The notes under the pieces are model-generated. The model saw only the letters and a list, made by a program, of their open reading frames with translations. It did no database searches and had not been told where the DNA came from. A DNA stretch of 64,000 nt from Octopus vulgaris (lineage: Eukaryota): assembly GCA_951406725.2 (NCBI GenBank), contig OX597825.1:72788001-72852000 (forward strand). Direction: 5' to 3'. The first letter of the stretch is position 1, and the number at the start of each line of letters is the position of its first letter. A program made the translations under genes and the position numbers. Shown here one piece after another: positions 13,106 through 27,614 of the stretch.

Positions 13106-13709
13106 CCACTGAGGTCAACTGTGCCTTTTAGGGTTGATAAAATAAATACCAGTTGAATGGTAGGGTTGATGTAATCAACTAGCCTCCTCTAAAGTTTTAG
13201 ATCTTGTGCCCATAATAGAAAGGATTATCATTACTATTATTAGGCAGTGGCGGTGGCAATGAGGAACTGAGCTGTCAGAATTGTTACCATACTGGCTTTC
13301 TACAACTGGATGCCCTTCCTAATACCAACCACTCCACAGAGGGAGCTTAGTGTTTTTTTATGAGGCACCAGCACAGGTGAGGTCAGTTTTGGCACAGTTT
13401 TTACAGCTGGATGCCCTTCCAAATGCCAACCACTTTACAGTGTGGATTGGATCTCCCAACTAAATACTTTTTAATTAATATCTTGTTCTTAATCCTTAGA
13501 TTTTGCTAAAAAAAAAATTAAATTAAAATAATCTAAAAATAACATTCTTACACATAATAATTCTATCCTCATTACATATTGACTACAACTGACGCTTCTC
13601 TCAGATTTCAGTCTTCAATGACTGGTGGTCTTCCAAAACTTAATCTATCACCAATGACATAAGTACCTCCTCTGGGTCTTGACCCTAGTTTTAGAACACC
13701 ACCCAGTTC

Positions 13710-13833
13710 ATTCTCCCAAAGATTGGTTCCCAGATGATGACTTGACTAGTGGACAATTCTGAGTGTCTCAGTAATAATGACCAATAAATTGCAACCATCC
13801 ACTTGTTGGTCATCTGGAGGAGGCTGCCGTAGA
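13710..13833 (-). mobile_element. Highly decayed RTE LINE C-terminal fragment
   Basis: Frame-broken LYGSLLQMTNK / WLQFIGHYY / QVIIWEP, resembling the RTE motif LYG.LP.I...RLRFAGHC....ILWEP. Confidence 0.5.
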
Positions 13834-14521
13834 GGTTTTATTTTTTATTTGTCATGTATCCAGTTATTTTCTTTTACAAAAATTACAAAAATGACTCAAG
13901 AACCAAATGGTTCATGCATGACACTTAACAAACTGATTCAAATCTGAGAGTTTGTTTCTTATAAAGTACAAATTACTATTCTTTCTGGAATGTTCAATTA
14001 AAAATATTGAAGAATCGTGTGAAAATTACAAGAGAGTAAACGTGGTTTTCGTTTGCATTTCTTTTTCTGATTCCAAAAATGTTTCAAAAACACATTATTT
14101 GAAACTCAAGAATTTTCATGTACATTTCCAATATTGAGTAAAGTTAATCACCACATCAATGTGGCTGTTCCATGTTACTACTAGTTTAACCCCAGGTAGA
14201 TCTTCCACCAGCTGGGTTGCAGTGCAGCACTGCCCCCTGATCATACATATTGCCAGCAGGGAAGCAAACCCCCTACCATTTTCCAGCAGACGACGGGATA
14301 TTTTTATCTTTTACTCGTTTCAGTCATTACACTGTGGCCATGCTGGGGCACTGACTAAAACAATTTTAGTCAAATGAATTAATCCCAGTATTTATTTCTC
14401 TTGAAGTACTGGTACCTATTCCATCAGTTTCTTTTGCCGAACCACTAAGTTGCAGGGACATGAACACACCACCATCAAGTGATAGTGGGAGACAAACACA
14501 AAGATACACACACACACAAAA

Positions 14522-14699
14522 TATTTTAATGTGTATAAGGAACCCTCGGGTATAAGGAGTCCCCTAATTTGGGGGGTTTAAAATCTGGAAAAAAAGTTTT
14601 GTAAGGGATTTTGATACTATCCATGTATAAGAAACTAATATATTTTTTAAACCTAATTTTTGACAAAAAAGGGTTCCTTATACACGTTAAAATACAGTA
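14522..14699. mobile_element. Tc1/pogo-like MITE nested in an old SINE A (~14305-14750)
   Basis: TIRs TATTTTAATGTGTATAAGGAACCC and GGGTTCCTTATACACGTTAAAATA(CAG), followed by TA. Confidence 0.7.
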
Positions 14700-15086
14700 T
14701 ATGCACGATGGGCTTCTTTCAGTTTCCATCCACCAAATCCATTCACATGCACTTCTCTAAATGGTTATATCATACCATCCATTCTTAGTTAAAGACAAAA
14801 AGAAGAAAAAAATAAGAGACAACCAAGAATACTAAATGGAAAACATGCTAAACACAAAGCCAGAAGTTCTGTAACAAGAGAATGGCGGGTAGAATGCGCT
14901 GAGGTGGGTGGAGCAGAGAAAGACAGAGAGAGAGAGAGTAAGGAAACAAAGGCGAGAGGGAACACATGAGATTGCCTGGTGCAAAGTGAAGTTGATACAA
15001 ATTATAAATTAAATATATTTATATATTTCCAACAAATATTAAGAAAACAAAACAATAAGACTTACAAAATGTGTGTGCACGCGCGC

Positions 15087-15130
<44 letters not shown>

Positions 15131-15131
15131 G

Positions 15132-15183
<52 letters not shown>

Positions 15184-15869
15184 TGTATAATAATAAAGGG
15201 CTGTCTCGGAGATATCTTATGGTAGTGGAATAGTATTTAACTGCTATTTCTAAATTTCAGTATGTGGTGAAGCAATTTTTGCTGAACTCTAATTATGATT
15301 ATGCTTATAATTATAGAATTTTTATATATACATATATACATATATATACACACACATACACACATATAATATTGGAGAAATATATATATTCACATATATG
15401 TATATAGACATATATATACACACACACATACATATATATATACACACATGCACATATACATATACACATACAATACATATGTACTTATATACACACACAT
15501 ATATATACCCACAAACACATACACATACACATATACGCACACACACATATACACACACACATACATATATACCCACACATACACACATATACACACACGC
15601 ACACACATATACCCACACACATATACATACACCCATACACATACATACACATGTACAATTAAATTTCTTTTTCTCATGGCTCAAGTTTCAGGCCACTTCG
15701 ATTTGAAGGATTTTTCAAATCGAAATGGTGTGAAACCCAAGTCACTGGGTGTGTGGGTGGGTGTGCATGCATGTTTACTACTACTACTACTACTACTACA
15801 GCTGCTGCTGCTGCTGCAATCAATACTATGCTGTCAGTATTATAACTACCATCATTATAGTAATTGTCA

Positions 15870-16230
15870 TCCCCACCACCATCACCACCACCAACACCTT
15901 CACCACCACGACCATCACCACCATCACCACCATCACCACCATCAGCAACACCATCACCACCACCATCACCACAACCATCACCACCACTACCATCACCACC
16001 ACCGCCATCACCACCATCACCAGCACCACCAGCACCACTAACACCTTCACCACCATCAGCAACACCATCATCATCACCACCATTATCACAACCATTAACA
16101 TAACCACCACTACCACTGCCATCACCATCTTAACCATTTCTATGGCCACTATTACTACCACCACCACCTCAACTACCATCACCACCACCACTCACACAAC
16201 CGCCTTCACCACCACTGTCAATACCACTTC
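15870..16230. repeat. Degenerate (CAC/CAT)n trinucleotide tract
   Basis: Directly visible; it generates the poly-H/T/P ORFs. Confidence 0.9.
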
Positions 16231-16639
16231 TAAAAGCTATACTGTGGGCAGAAAGCTGTATGGTTAGAAAATAGCGAAGAGAGAGGTAGACAGAGACAGA
16301 GAGACAAGGAGAGAGACAGGGAGAGAGACACACACAAACTGTGAAAGGGACAGAGTGACAGAGAGAGGAGTTAGAAAGATAGTGAGAGTCAGAGGGAAGC
16401 AGAGAGTGATAGAAAGAGATAAACAAAGGTAGGAGATAGAGAGATAGGTAGAAAGTTAAGAGACAGGTAGAGAGACAGAGGGATTGGTAGAGAGAGTTAG
16501 AAGGAGATGTAGAGACAGAGAGAGAGAGGTAGAAAAGTACAGTGGTAGAGAGTAGTAGTGGGAGTCAGAGAGATAGGAGTTAGAGAGAGGTAAGTAGAGA
16601 GGGATGGAGAGAAAGAGGCATAGAAATTGGGAAAGGTAG

Positions 16640-16895
16640 AAAGATTGGCATATTCCGGTCATATTATGCGGAGAAAATCCCTGGAGAAGGACATCATGCT
16701 CGGAATGGTCAGTGGCAAGAGAGGAAGAGGCCGACCAAGAACCTGCTGGATTGCCACCATCAAGAGTGATACCAGAATGGACATGGCCAATCTGAGAGAA
16801 GCGGCCCAGGATAGAACTGACTGGAGGACACTGATCCAACGAGTGACCGAGAGTCGACTTCGACTGAGCGGATAGAGAGAGAGAGAGAGAGAGAG
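16640..16895 (+). mobile_element. 5'-truncated RTE (BovB-like) LINE 3' end with (AG)n tail, inside a GA-rich tract
   Basis: RLAYSGHIMRRKSLEKDIMLGMVSGKRGRGRP...QDRTDWRTLIQRVTESRLRLSG*. Confidence 0.9.
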
Positions 16896-17329
16896 AAGTA
16901 GAGGCAGAGAGAAATAGAGAGAGAAAAATAGAGGGAGAAAGAAGGAGAGTGAAACAGAGGATAGAAGCAGAGATGATAGAAAGGTAGATAGACAGAGAGG
17001 TAGTAACAGAAGGGGAGGGGTGTTGAGTAGTGATGCAGTGAGGTAGGTAGGTAAGGTAGGTAGATAGGTAGGTAGGAAGGTGGTTAAGTGGAGAGGTAGG
17101 TACCAGTTTCAATCCAGTCCCCTGGAAATAGGCCTCAACATCAAAGACAATCCCCAGCTGTCAAAAAAAAAATCTTACACGACTGACTTCAAGCAAGTAA
17201 TGACTTGTACCACATGTTGTGTGCCTGTATGTGTATGCCTCAGTATATGTGTACCCGGGTATGCAGGTGTATGTGTATGGCTCTGTGTGTGTGTGGTTGT
17301 ATCTATGTACTTATGTATACCTCTGTCCT

Positions 17330-17720
17330 CTTTTCCTTGTTTCAGTCATTTGACTGCGGCCATGCTGGAGCACCGCCTTTAATCGACCAACTCGACCCCA
17401 GGACTTATTCTTTTGAAAGCCCAGTACTTATTCCATCGGTCTCTTTTGCCGAACCGCTAGGTGACGGGGACATAAACACACCAGCATCAGTTATCAAGCA
17501 ATGCTAGGGGGACAAACACAGATACACAAACACACACACGCATATATATATATATATATATACATATATACGACGGGCTTCTTTTCAGTTTCCATCTACC
17601 AAATCCGCTCATAAGGCTTAGGTCGGCCCGAGGCTATAGTAGAAGACACTTGCCCAAGGTGTCATGCAGTGGGACTGAACCCAGAACCATGTGGTTGGCA
17701 AGCAAGCTACTTACCACACA
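17330..17720 (-). mobile_element. SINE family A
   Basis: Near-consensus match to the other family A copies. Confidence 0.9.
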
Positions 17721-18209
17721 ATGTTATATCTTTGTGTATTTGTATGCCACTGTATGTGTTGTGGCAATAAATCTACCTTTTAATTGTTTCAGTCAGTGGA
17801 CTGTGACCATGCAGGGGCATCACCTTGAATGTTTTAGTTGAACAAATCCTGTACTTATTTTTTTAAGTCTGACATTTATTCTATCAGTCTCTTCTGCTGA
17901 ACTGCTAAGTTACAGTGACCTAAAACAAACCAACTCCAAGTAGTAGCAGCGAGGACAAATATATACATACACACATGTGTGTGTGTGTATATATATATAT
18001 GTTCTTTTATTTGTTTCAGTCATTTGACTGTGGCCATGCTGGAGTACCACCTTTAGCTGAACAAATCGACCCCAGGACTTATTCTTTGTAAGCCTAGTAC
18101 TTATTCTATCGGTCTCTTTTGCCGAACTGCTAAGTTATGGGGATGTAAACACACCAATATTGGCTGTCAAGCGATGGTGGAGGGACAAACACATACAGAC
18201 ACACACACA

Positions 18210-18285
<76 letters not shown>

Positions 18286-18319
18286 TAGAGAGAGAGAGAG
18301 AGAAAGAGAGAAATTAGAT

Positions 18320-18379
<60 letters not shown>

Positions 18380-18382
18380 TAA

Positions 18383-18418
<36 letters not shown>

Positions 18419-18483
18419 CAAACTAATACACCTGTTTGTTGTTCCCACACCTGTCTTTGTCTTTCGCTTTCTGATAATTTGAA

Positions 18484-18530
<47 letters not shown>

Positions 18531-18653
18531 TGGCTACTGATAAAGTTGTTTTTTTTGAAAAATTTTATCCTTATATTAGAAGTATATATATATATATATA
18601 TATACTTCTAATATAAGGATAAAATTTTTCAAAAACAAATTTATCAGTAGCCA
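18531..18653. repeat. Fold-back palindrome centred on (TA)n
   Basis: TGGCTACTGATAAA...ATCCTTATATTAGAAG(TA)nCTTCTAATATAAGGAT...TTTATCAGTAGCCA. Confidence 0.9.
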
Positions 18654-19154
18654 GCATATCAAAATATCTTTCAAGGTGAAAATTATTAAATTATAAATAA
18701 GAGCAAAAGAAAATAAATTTCTATGCCAATATGCTGAGAAATAGACTTTAGATTGTCTAACTACATACAATATTTATCACTATAAATACACAGCATATTT
18801 ATAACTGTATACACACACACACACACACACATACATTCATATAAAAAAAATTGGCACTCCATTGGTAACAACAAGAGTACCAGTTGTCCTGATCTACTAC
18901 TTAGTTTACACCTTGATGTGTCACCTGGACACCTCATCACTGCTACTATTTATCTCTTCACAGATACTTCTGGTTCATTCTCACTCTAACCCCTATTTGT
19001 GAGTAACCCTGCAGATTCTCTACAAGAACCTGCTCCACTCCAAACACTTCACTCACACTTTTAACCTTTGAGTGTTTAAATTACTTTGTCAAATATAATA
19101 CTTATTTTATTCAAATTGTTTTTGAATTCATCATGCATTATTGTATAGCTTTGA

Positions 19155-19450
19155 AGGTGCCGAGCTGGCAGAAACGTTAGCACGCTGGGCAAAATGCGTA
19201 GCCGTATTTCATCTGCCGTTACGTTCTGGGTTCAAATTCCAAGGTCGACTTTGCCTTTCATCCTTTCGGGGTCGATAAATTAAGTACCAGTTACACACTG
19301 GAGTCGATGTAATCGACTTAATCCATTTTTCTGTCCTTGTTTGTCCCCTGTGTTTAGCCCCTTGTGGGTAGTAAAGAAGTAGGTATTTCCTCTATCTTTA
19401 CGATCTCAGGTCAAATTCCGCCAAGGTCGACTTTGCCTTTCATCCTTTCA
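19155..19450 (+). mobile_element. SINE family B plus a partial second unit
   Basis: Head GGTGCCGAGCTGGCAGAAACG. Junction GAAGTAGGTATTTC at ~19376. Confidence 0.8.
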
Positions 19451-19479
19451 AGTAGAGTATACATAGTAGAAAGTATTAT

Positions 19480-19917
19480 TTTCTACCCTAGGCACAAGGC
19501 CCGAAATGTTTGGGAAGGGGGTCAGTTGATTAGATCGACCCCAGTACACAACTAGTACTTAATTTATCGACCCCCAAAAAGATGAAAGGCAAAGTCGACC
19601 TCGGCAGAATTTAAACTCAGAAGGTAAAGACAGACAAAATACCACCAAGCATTTCGCCCAGGGGCTAACATTTCTTCGTATATTTTGTTTTACTGCCCAC
19701 AAGGGGCTACACACAGAGGGGACAAACAAGGACAGACAAACAGATTAAGTCAATTATATCAACCCTAGTGCATATTGCAGTACTTATTATTTAATCAATC
19801 TCCAAAAGGATGAAAGGCAAAGTCGACCTCGACAGAATTTGAACTCAGAACGTAAAGACAAAGTACTGCTAAGCATTTTGCCTGGTGTGCTAACATTTCT
19901 GCCAGCTCGCCGCCTTC
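19480..19917 (-). mobile_element. Two SINE B copies, inverted relative to the preceding one
   Basis: AAAGGCAAAGTCGACCTCG occurs twice, and the head TGCCAGCTCGCCGCC is at the right end. Confidence 0.8.
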
Positions 19918-19955
19918 CTAGTAGAAAGTATTCATGTCACTATGTACTATATATA

Positions 19956-20204
19956 AATAAATAAACGCGCCCTTTTAAAGCCTAGCCAGGCTCATGGGTC
20001 CGGTTTTCCGGGTTCTATGGCGTATATGTTCCCCAGCTGGGTGGGACGCCAGTCCATCGCAGCGTTACTCATTTTTGCCAGCTGAGTGGACTGGAGCAAC
20101 GTGAAATGAAATGTTTTGCTCAAGAACTCAACACATCGCTCGATCCAGGAATCGAAATCACAATCTTACGATCATGATGCTCACACCCTAACCACTAAGC
20201 CACT
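19956..20204 (-). mobile_element. tRNA-derived SINE family G
   Basis: GTGGCTTAGTGGTTAGGGTG head and (TTTA)n tail. Matches 58325-58541. Confidence 0.8.
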
Positions 20205-20619
20205 ATGTGCTATGCCTTATTGAATCCTGTCAGACTGTCCAACAAAACCCATGTCGGCATGGAAGACAGAAGTTAAATGATGATTATGATGATGAAGATA
20301 TTTCGTACTCACACACATTTTTCACATTAGCATACATGCTCACCCTCGTCAACAGATACTCTCTCAGTTGTACTCATAAAGGCTTGTATAGATGGATGCA
20401 TATACACATATGCACTGAGATGCACTCACAGCAACTGCATAGGAAATGGACGACATACGTATTTGTATATACACACATCATATAGGTTCACAAATATAAA
20501 CATATATATATATATATACACACACACATACTCATATGCATATGTATGCATGTATCTATGCATATATACATGCATATATAAATGTATACATGTGTATATA
20601 CATATATGTATGCATCTAA

Positions 20620-20664
<45 letters not shown>

Positions 20665-20811
20665 TAAGACATATATATATGCATGTGTGTGTATATATAC
20701 ATGCATATATACATGTATATATGTGTGTATATACATATATATATTATATACATGTATGTATATATATATATAATATACATGTATGTATATATATATATGC
20801 ATGTATGTATG

Positions 20812-20906
<95 letters not shown>

Positions 20907-21297
20907 TATATATTTATATATGTATATAGATAGATAGATAGATAGATATAGATATATGTATTTATATATTTATGTACATATTAAATAAATACATGCATAT
21001 GTCTGAGTATACACACACACATACATACACACATATATACACTCTTCACTCATACACATACATACATGCTAAGTGAAGGTGGTGGAGAGGGTGGCGAGTA
21101 CAATTGTGATAAACAAAGATGTCAGTGAGAGCAACATCAAACACCTCAGTCTATAAGAACCATAAATTTAGGGAAATGACCTCTGGAGAGGTCAGCGCAT
21201 CACATGACTCATATCAGATGTTATGAGAAATAGAGAACAGAGCTCTTCATGAAAAAAAGATACATTCTTGTTATCAAAGGTTCAATGAGTTTCACTT

Positions 21298-21430
21298 CGT
21301 GGTGGTGGGGATGGTGGTGGTGGTGGTGTTGGTGGTGATAGTGGTGGTGGTGGTGGTGGTGATGTGTTGATGATTTTGGTGGTGATGGTGATGGTGTTGG
21401 TGGTGATGGTGATGGTGTTGGTGGTGTTGT
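21298..21430. repeat. (GGT/GAT)n tract
   Basis: Directly visible. Confidence 0.9.
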
Positions 21431-21676
21431 GTAATGTGGTCAACTTGATAATGCAATGCTTTCATAGTTATATACAAACACAAACGCACAGACACACACA
21501 CACGTGCATGCACACATGCACGCACACACACACACACACACACAGTGGTGTATGTATATATATATATATATAATACACATACATGTATATATATATATAT
21601 TGTGTGTATATATATATATATAATACACATACATGTATATATATATATATTGTGTGTATATATATATATATAATAC

Positions 21677-21720
<44 letters not shown>

Positions 21721-21751
21721 CACATACATGTATATATATATATATTGTGTG

Positions 21752-21802
<51 letters not shown>

Positions 21803-22280
21803 ATATACACAGTGGTGTATGTGTGTGTAGATGTAATAGATTTGATAAAGCTGCACTCTCACTAATATAGTTGTTCATCAACTTTCACTTGCACACACAC
21901 ACACACACACACACATACACACATATACACACACACACATATACACACACACATACATACACACACACACCGTGCATTGTTTGTTTTTGATTTTGTCGAC
22001 TACACAGTATAGTAGGGTCAGCTGGGCACCATCAGCGAGAAAAACAACACCATGATGCAATTCACTCTGCCACACAAGGCCCAAAATTTTGGGTGAAGGG
22101 GGAAGGCAGTGGATTAGATTGAACCAGTGTGCAACTGGTACTTAATTTATTGACCCCAAAAGGATGAAAGGCAAAGTCGACCTTGGTGAAATTTGAACTC
22201 AGAACACGAAGACAGACGAAATACCGCTAAGCATTTCACCCTGCATGCTAACATTTCTGCCAGCTCGCCATCTTTATATA

Positions 22281-22645
22281 TCTATTATATAAAATCCATT
22301 CTGTCTGTGTGTCTGTGTGTGTGTCTTCTGGGATCTCGGACATCCTCCATCCGATTGCGCTCAAATTTGATGTGTAGACATTGACGGTATCAGGGCATGT
22401 ATAAGTCTTGAAAAAATTGCAAAAATCGATTCCAGGTAAGAATGCAATCGATGAAGCCGTGGGAATGTGTATTTGTATGCGCAAATACATCAGTCGAAAT
22501 CCATCTTTTGCTGGTGTCTCAAATTTCGGTTAAATCAGTATTTCTGAACAGGGAGGCCTATGGGATGGTTAGATAAGTTGTTTTGAGAAAATTTGGTTTA
22601 AATGTTTGACAACTCAGCACTGTCCATTGGAAGGAGGACGTTTTG
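22281..22645 (+). mobile_element. Probable 5' part of a non-autonomous Helitron
   Basis: Starts A^TCTATTATATAAAA followed by CTGTCTGTGTG, like the element at 43478. No 3' hairpin/CTAG end is seen. Confidence 0.5.
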
Positions 22646-22664
22646 CTCATATATATATATATAT

Positions 22665-22880
22665 AAAGTTAATCCAAACATAAAAGCACAAAAAAACACA
22701 ACAACGCGAGGACGTGGAACAAATATAGTATTATTGGACACTCGGGAAAGAAGGAAAGAAGGAGGGTTTAACGTTTCGAGCGGAGCTCTTCGTCGGAAAC
22801 ATAGGAGAAGGAAAGATCCAGAAAAAGGAAGACAGAGGAAAAAAAAACGCCAACGGTACACACAAGGTCACATTTTGAAT
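22665..22880 (-). mobile_element. Penelope-like terminal repeat fragment with hammerhead motif
   Basis: Homologous to 55910-56115. Confidence 0.6.
22766..22800 (-). ncRNA. Minimal type I hammerhead-like motif (core U4>C)
   Basis: Minus strand: GTTT-CCGACGA-A-GAGC TCC GCTC-GAAA-CG-TT-AAAC. Confidence 0.55.
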
Positions 22881-22887
22881 CATATTT

Positions 22888-22918
<31 letters not shown>

Positions 22919-23146
22919 CCGCTATGCTAGCATGGTTGACATCACTGTCGGAGGGGCTGACCAGGCCCAGTGATCTGCATACAAAATATATATATATCAC
23001 TCTGCTGAGTGGTTGGTGTTAGGAAGGGCATCCAGTTGTAAAAATCCTTCCAAAACAGTCTGGTACAGGTTTCTGCCTGGTCATTAAACGATGATGATGT
23101 ATACATGCAAAACGAGAGAAAGCAAAAGGTGGAATTTTTCAGATGA

Positions 23147-23177
<31 letters not shown>

Positions 23178-23178
<1 letters not shown>

Positions 23179-23566
23179 CTCTTTTACTCTTTTATTTGTT
23201 TCAGTCATTTGACTGCGGCCATGCTGGAGCACCACCTTTAGTCAAGCAAATCAACCCCAGGACTTATTCTTTGTAAGCCTAGTACTTATTCTATCGGTCT
23301 CTTTTGCCAAACCGCTAAGTTACGGGGACATAAACACACCAGCATCGGTTGTCAAGCGATGTTGGGGGGGAGGGGGACAAACACAACACACATACATATA
23401 TACGACGGGCTTCTTTCAGTTTCTGTCTACCAAATCCACTCACAAGGCTTTAGTCGGCCCGAGGCTATAGCAGAAGACACTTGCCCAAGGTGCCACGCAG
23501 TGGGACTGATCCCAGAACCATGTGGTTCATAAGCAAGCTACTTACCAAACAGCCACTCCTATGCCT
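23178..23566 (-). mobile_element. SINE family A
   Basis: Near-consensus match to the other family A copies. Confidence 0.9.
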
Positions 23567-24347
23567 ATATATATATATATATATATACACTTAACCCTAA
23601 AATACATGAATCTCTAAATATAGAAATGAAATACACCCACATATATATGTATGCATATATGCATGTATGTGAATGTGTGTGAATATGTGTGTATGTATAA
23701 AGAACAGGTGTCAATCAATCTTTAGAGCAAACAGAACATGGTGCCGTAACCTGGCAATGAGTCCCTGTCGATAACAATAGGCAATAGGTCAGTATGTAAT
23801 TCATATATTGTTTCACACATAAACACACACACATATGCATGCATATGCACACGCGCACACGCACACACATACACACACACAGTGCAACACTAATCTATTG
23901 TAATTCCAATAAACTGTCTCACTAGGTAGAGCAAGAAACCACTTATATGAAAGTGTAGGACCGGCTATAAGACAAAATATTTGAGGTGTGTATGTGTGTG
24001 TGTGTTATATATGTGGTTGAGTCAAAAGGTAATGCAAAGAAAAATTGCAATACTTTTGTATACATGTATATGTATATCTATGTATATACATACACGCACA
24101 CACATATATGTACATGTGTATGTGTGTATATGTGTTTGTGTGTGTGCGTGTGTGTGTATATATATATATGAACACATACATATATGTATATATACACATG
24201 TATACATAAATATGCATGTGGATGGATGGATGGATGGATGGATGGACATTTAGACAGACAGTTATATGCGTGTGCGTATGTGTATATATATATATATATA
24301 TTTACATACATATATACATATATATATACACATATATATATATACAT

Positions 24348-24380
<33 letters not shown>

Positions 24381-25149
24381 CATATATACATATATCTATA
24401 TATACATATATACATATATACATATATCTATATACCTATATACACACCCACACATATGTATACATATATACATACATATATATATATATACATGTATATA
24501 TACATATATACATACATATATATATATATACATGTATATATACATATATACATACATATATATACATGTATATATATATATATACATATACACATACATA
24601 TATATATATATGTATAAATATATACGTATATATATATGTATATATGCATATATATATATACATATATACACAAACACACACATATACATATACACATATG
24701 TACACACACACACACACACACACACCTCAAACAGACAGACAGACAGATAATGAAACACTAACTCACTATTATTTCAATGACGCAATTATTTGCAACCTTC
24801 AGCGATACCCTCTTCAATCCGAGCCATGTTTACAAACATAAAATTAGTCATACAAAATTACATTATTACCAACAAAAACTCATTGAGACTTTTCAACAAT
24901 ACAGAATAAAGAATTAATCCTAAATTCCAGCTGTACAATTATATATTCCTCCCAAGAAGGCGTATGTGCAAATGTCCTATCATAATTATAACAACTGTAT
25001 ATAATATCATCATGCTAGTTTAAGTGCTAATATCGCATAATATGGACATAGCTGTGGGGTTACGAAGTTTGCTTTCCAACCACAAGGTTTCAAGTTCAGT
25101 CCCACTGTATGACACCTTAGGCAACTGTCTTCTGTTCTTCTATTATATT

Positions 25150-25552
25150 CTTTTCAAGGGGCTAAACATAGAGGGGACAAACAAGGAGAGACAAAGGGAT
25201 TAAGTCGATTATGTCGACCCCAGTGCATAACTGGTACTTTATTTATCGACCCCGAAAGGAGGAAAGCAGAATCGATCTCAGCGGAATTTGAATTCAAAAT
25301 GTAAAGACAGACAAAATACCTATTTCTTTACTACCCACAAGGGGCTAAACATAGAGGGGACAAACAAGGACAGACACACGGATTAAGTCGATTATATCGA
25401 CCCCAGTGCGTAACTGGTTCTTATTTAATCGACCCCAAAAGGATGAAAGGCAAAGTCGACCTCAGCGGAATTTGAACTCAGAATGTAATGGCAGACAAAA
25501 TACCGCTAGGCATTTCACCTGGCGTGCTAACATTTCTGCCAGCTTGCCACCT
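25150..25552 (-). mobile_element. SINE B head-to-tail dimer
   Basis: Two bodies and one head. Junction AAATACCTATTTC at ~25314-25326. Confidence 0.85.
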
Positions 25553-25865
25553 AATGATTCTGTCAGCTCGCTGCCTTAGCAATTGATGAAATATTATGTA
25601 CCTGTTTACTACTGTGATTGATGATATCAATTTCCACCCCTCTGCTCAAAATCATTGGCCTTGTGCCTAAATTAGAAGCAATACACATACTCTATCGACC
25701 TTATCTACACAGAGTATATTTATAATATTTAAATCTACATATTAACCTCATCGTTATAGAGTATACTTACAATAAATCAAATGGATTGCAATAGATATAA
25801 ACATTGTAAATACGTACTGTTGAGATGTGATTATTTTTGCGTGGGTGTATTTGTGTGGCGGGGTG

Positions 25866-25952
<87 letters not shown>

Positions 25953-26035
25953 GGGAATAAATTATTATTCCAACCTTACAGGTAAAATTCAGTATAATAA
26001 TATTAGACCGAATTTCGTAATATATAATATATATG

Positions 26036-26376
26036 TGTGACCCCCTTCGGTCAGACACTGACCATGGGCTTGCACCTAGAGAGTTACCCTCTGAGGCACA
26101 AGTCTGGGCAAGGTTGTTTTTTATGGAAGACCAGCAGTCGCCCATGCATACCGGCTTCCCCTCTCCACGTCACCAGTGTTATCCAAGGGAAAGGCAAAGG
26201 CCGATACAGCTTAGCACCAGTGACGTCGCAACTCATTTCTACAGCTGAGTAAACTGGAGCAACGTGAAATAAAGTGTCTTGCTCAAGAACACAACACACA
26301 TCCCGGTCCAGGATTCGAGCTCACAACCTCACGATCGTAAGCTCGACGCTCTAACCACTGAGCCATGCGCCTTCAC
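26036..26376 (-). mobile_element. SINE family F, full length
   Basis: GAAGGCGCATGGCTCAGTGGTTAGAGCG...GAGCTCGAATCC head. Confidence 0.85.
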
Positions 26377-26413
26377 ATATAATATATATATATGCTATAT
26401 ATACATATATGTA

Positions 26414-26444
<31 letters not shown>

Positions 26445-26455
26445 CAGTTATATAC

Positions 26456-26732
26456 AAAGATGTGTAGAGTTTATGGTGTTGATTGCTTAACAGAACGCAT
26501 GTGTCAGAAATGGTTTTAAAAATTACCTTCTAGAGATTTTTTCACTCAAAGATGACCAACATCCTGGTCGACCTACTGAAGTTGATGATGACTGAATCAA
26601 AGCCATAATTAAATCTGATTGTCATATAACTGTGCGAGAGATTGCAGAGAGGGCAAATGTATCACACACAACAATTGAAAATCACTTAAAACGTCTTGGA
26701 ATCATGAAGAAGCTTGATATTTTGGTTCCATG
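26456..26732 (+). mobile_element. Decayed mariner transposase N-terminal (HTH) fragment
   Basis: CRVYGVDCLTERMCQKWF...LKDDQHPGRPTEVDDD*IKAIIKSDCHITVREIAERANVSHTTIENHLKRLGIMKKLDILVP. Confidence 0.85.
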
Positions 26733-26784
26733 TAAAAAATTTTTCTATTCTAGGCATAAAGGCCCAAAATTTTTGCAACTGGTA

Positions 26785-27177
26785 TGCGAGACCTGGACAC
26801 TAAAGAAAGCTGACCAGAAGAGAATTAATGCATTCAAGCTTTGGTGTTGGAGAAAACTTTTACGGATTCCATGGACAGCGAGGCTCACCAATGGAGAAGT
26901 TCTTAAGCAGATCAGGCCGAAAATGTCGCTAGAAGCTAGGATCGCCAAGCATAGATTGGCATATTCCGGTCATATTATGCGGAGAAAATCCCTGGAGAAA
27001 GACATCATGCTCGGAATGGTCATTGGCAAGAGAGGAAGAGGCCAACCAAGAACCCGCTGGCTTGACACTATCAAGAATGATACCGGAATGGACATAGCCA
27101 GTCTGAAAGAACTGACTGGAGGACACTGATCCAACGAATGACCGAGAGTCGACTTCGACTGAGCGGTTAGAGAGAGA
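26785..27177 (+). mobile_element. RTE LINE 3' fragment inserted in a minus-strand SINE B (~26740-27300)
   Basis: CETWTLKKADQKRINAFKLWCWRKLLRIPWTARLTN...GRGQPRTRWLD, with an (AG)n tail. It splits SINE B at CAACTGGTA^CTT. Confidence 0.9.
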
Positions 27178-27368
27178 CTTTATTGATTGACCCCGAAAGG
27201 ATGAAAGGTAAAGTCGACCTCAGTGGAATTTGAACTCAGAATGTAAAGACAGACGAAATACCGCTAAGCATTTTGCCTGGCAAGTTAACATTTCTGCTGC
27301 CTTGGTTTCTACATAAATTGAAAGAGATTCACTTAACACAACGAATCAATATTTACGTTATGCATATT

Positions 27369-27413
<45 letters not shown>

Positions 27414-27496
27414 TATACATACATAAAATGCATACAAAATAAACATATATATATATACACACACACATATATATACATAAAAAACATACAAAATAA

Positions 27497-27539
<43 letters not shown>

Positions 27540-27577
27540 CATATTTAAAAACACATACAATATATATATATCTATAT

Positions 27578-27614
<37 letters not shown>

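Noticed and set aside
15448-16267. His-, Thr- or Pro-rich (extensin/mucin-like) ORFs
   Set aside because: The (CAC/CAT)n tract is open in several frames, with no convincing splice context or unique domain.
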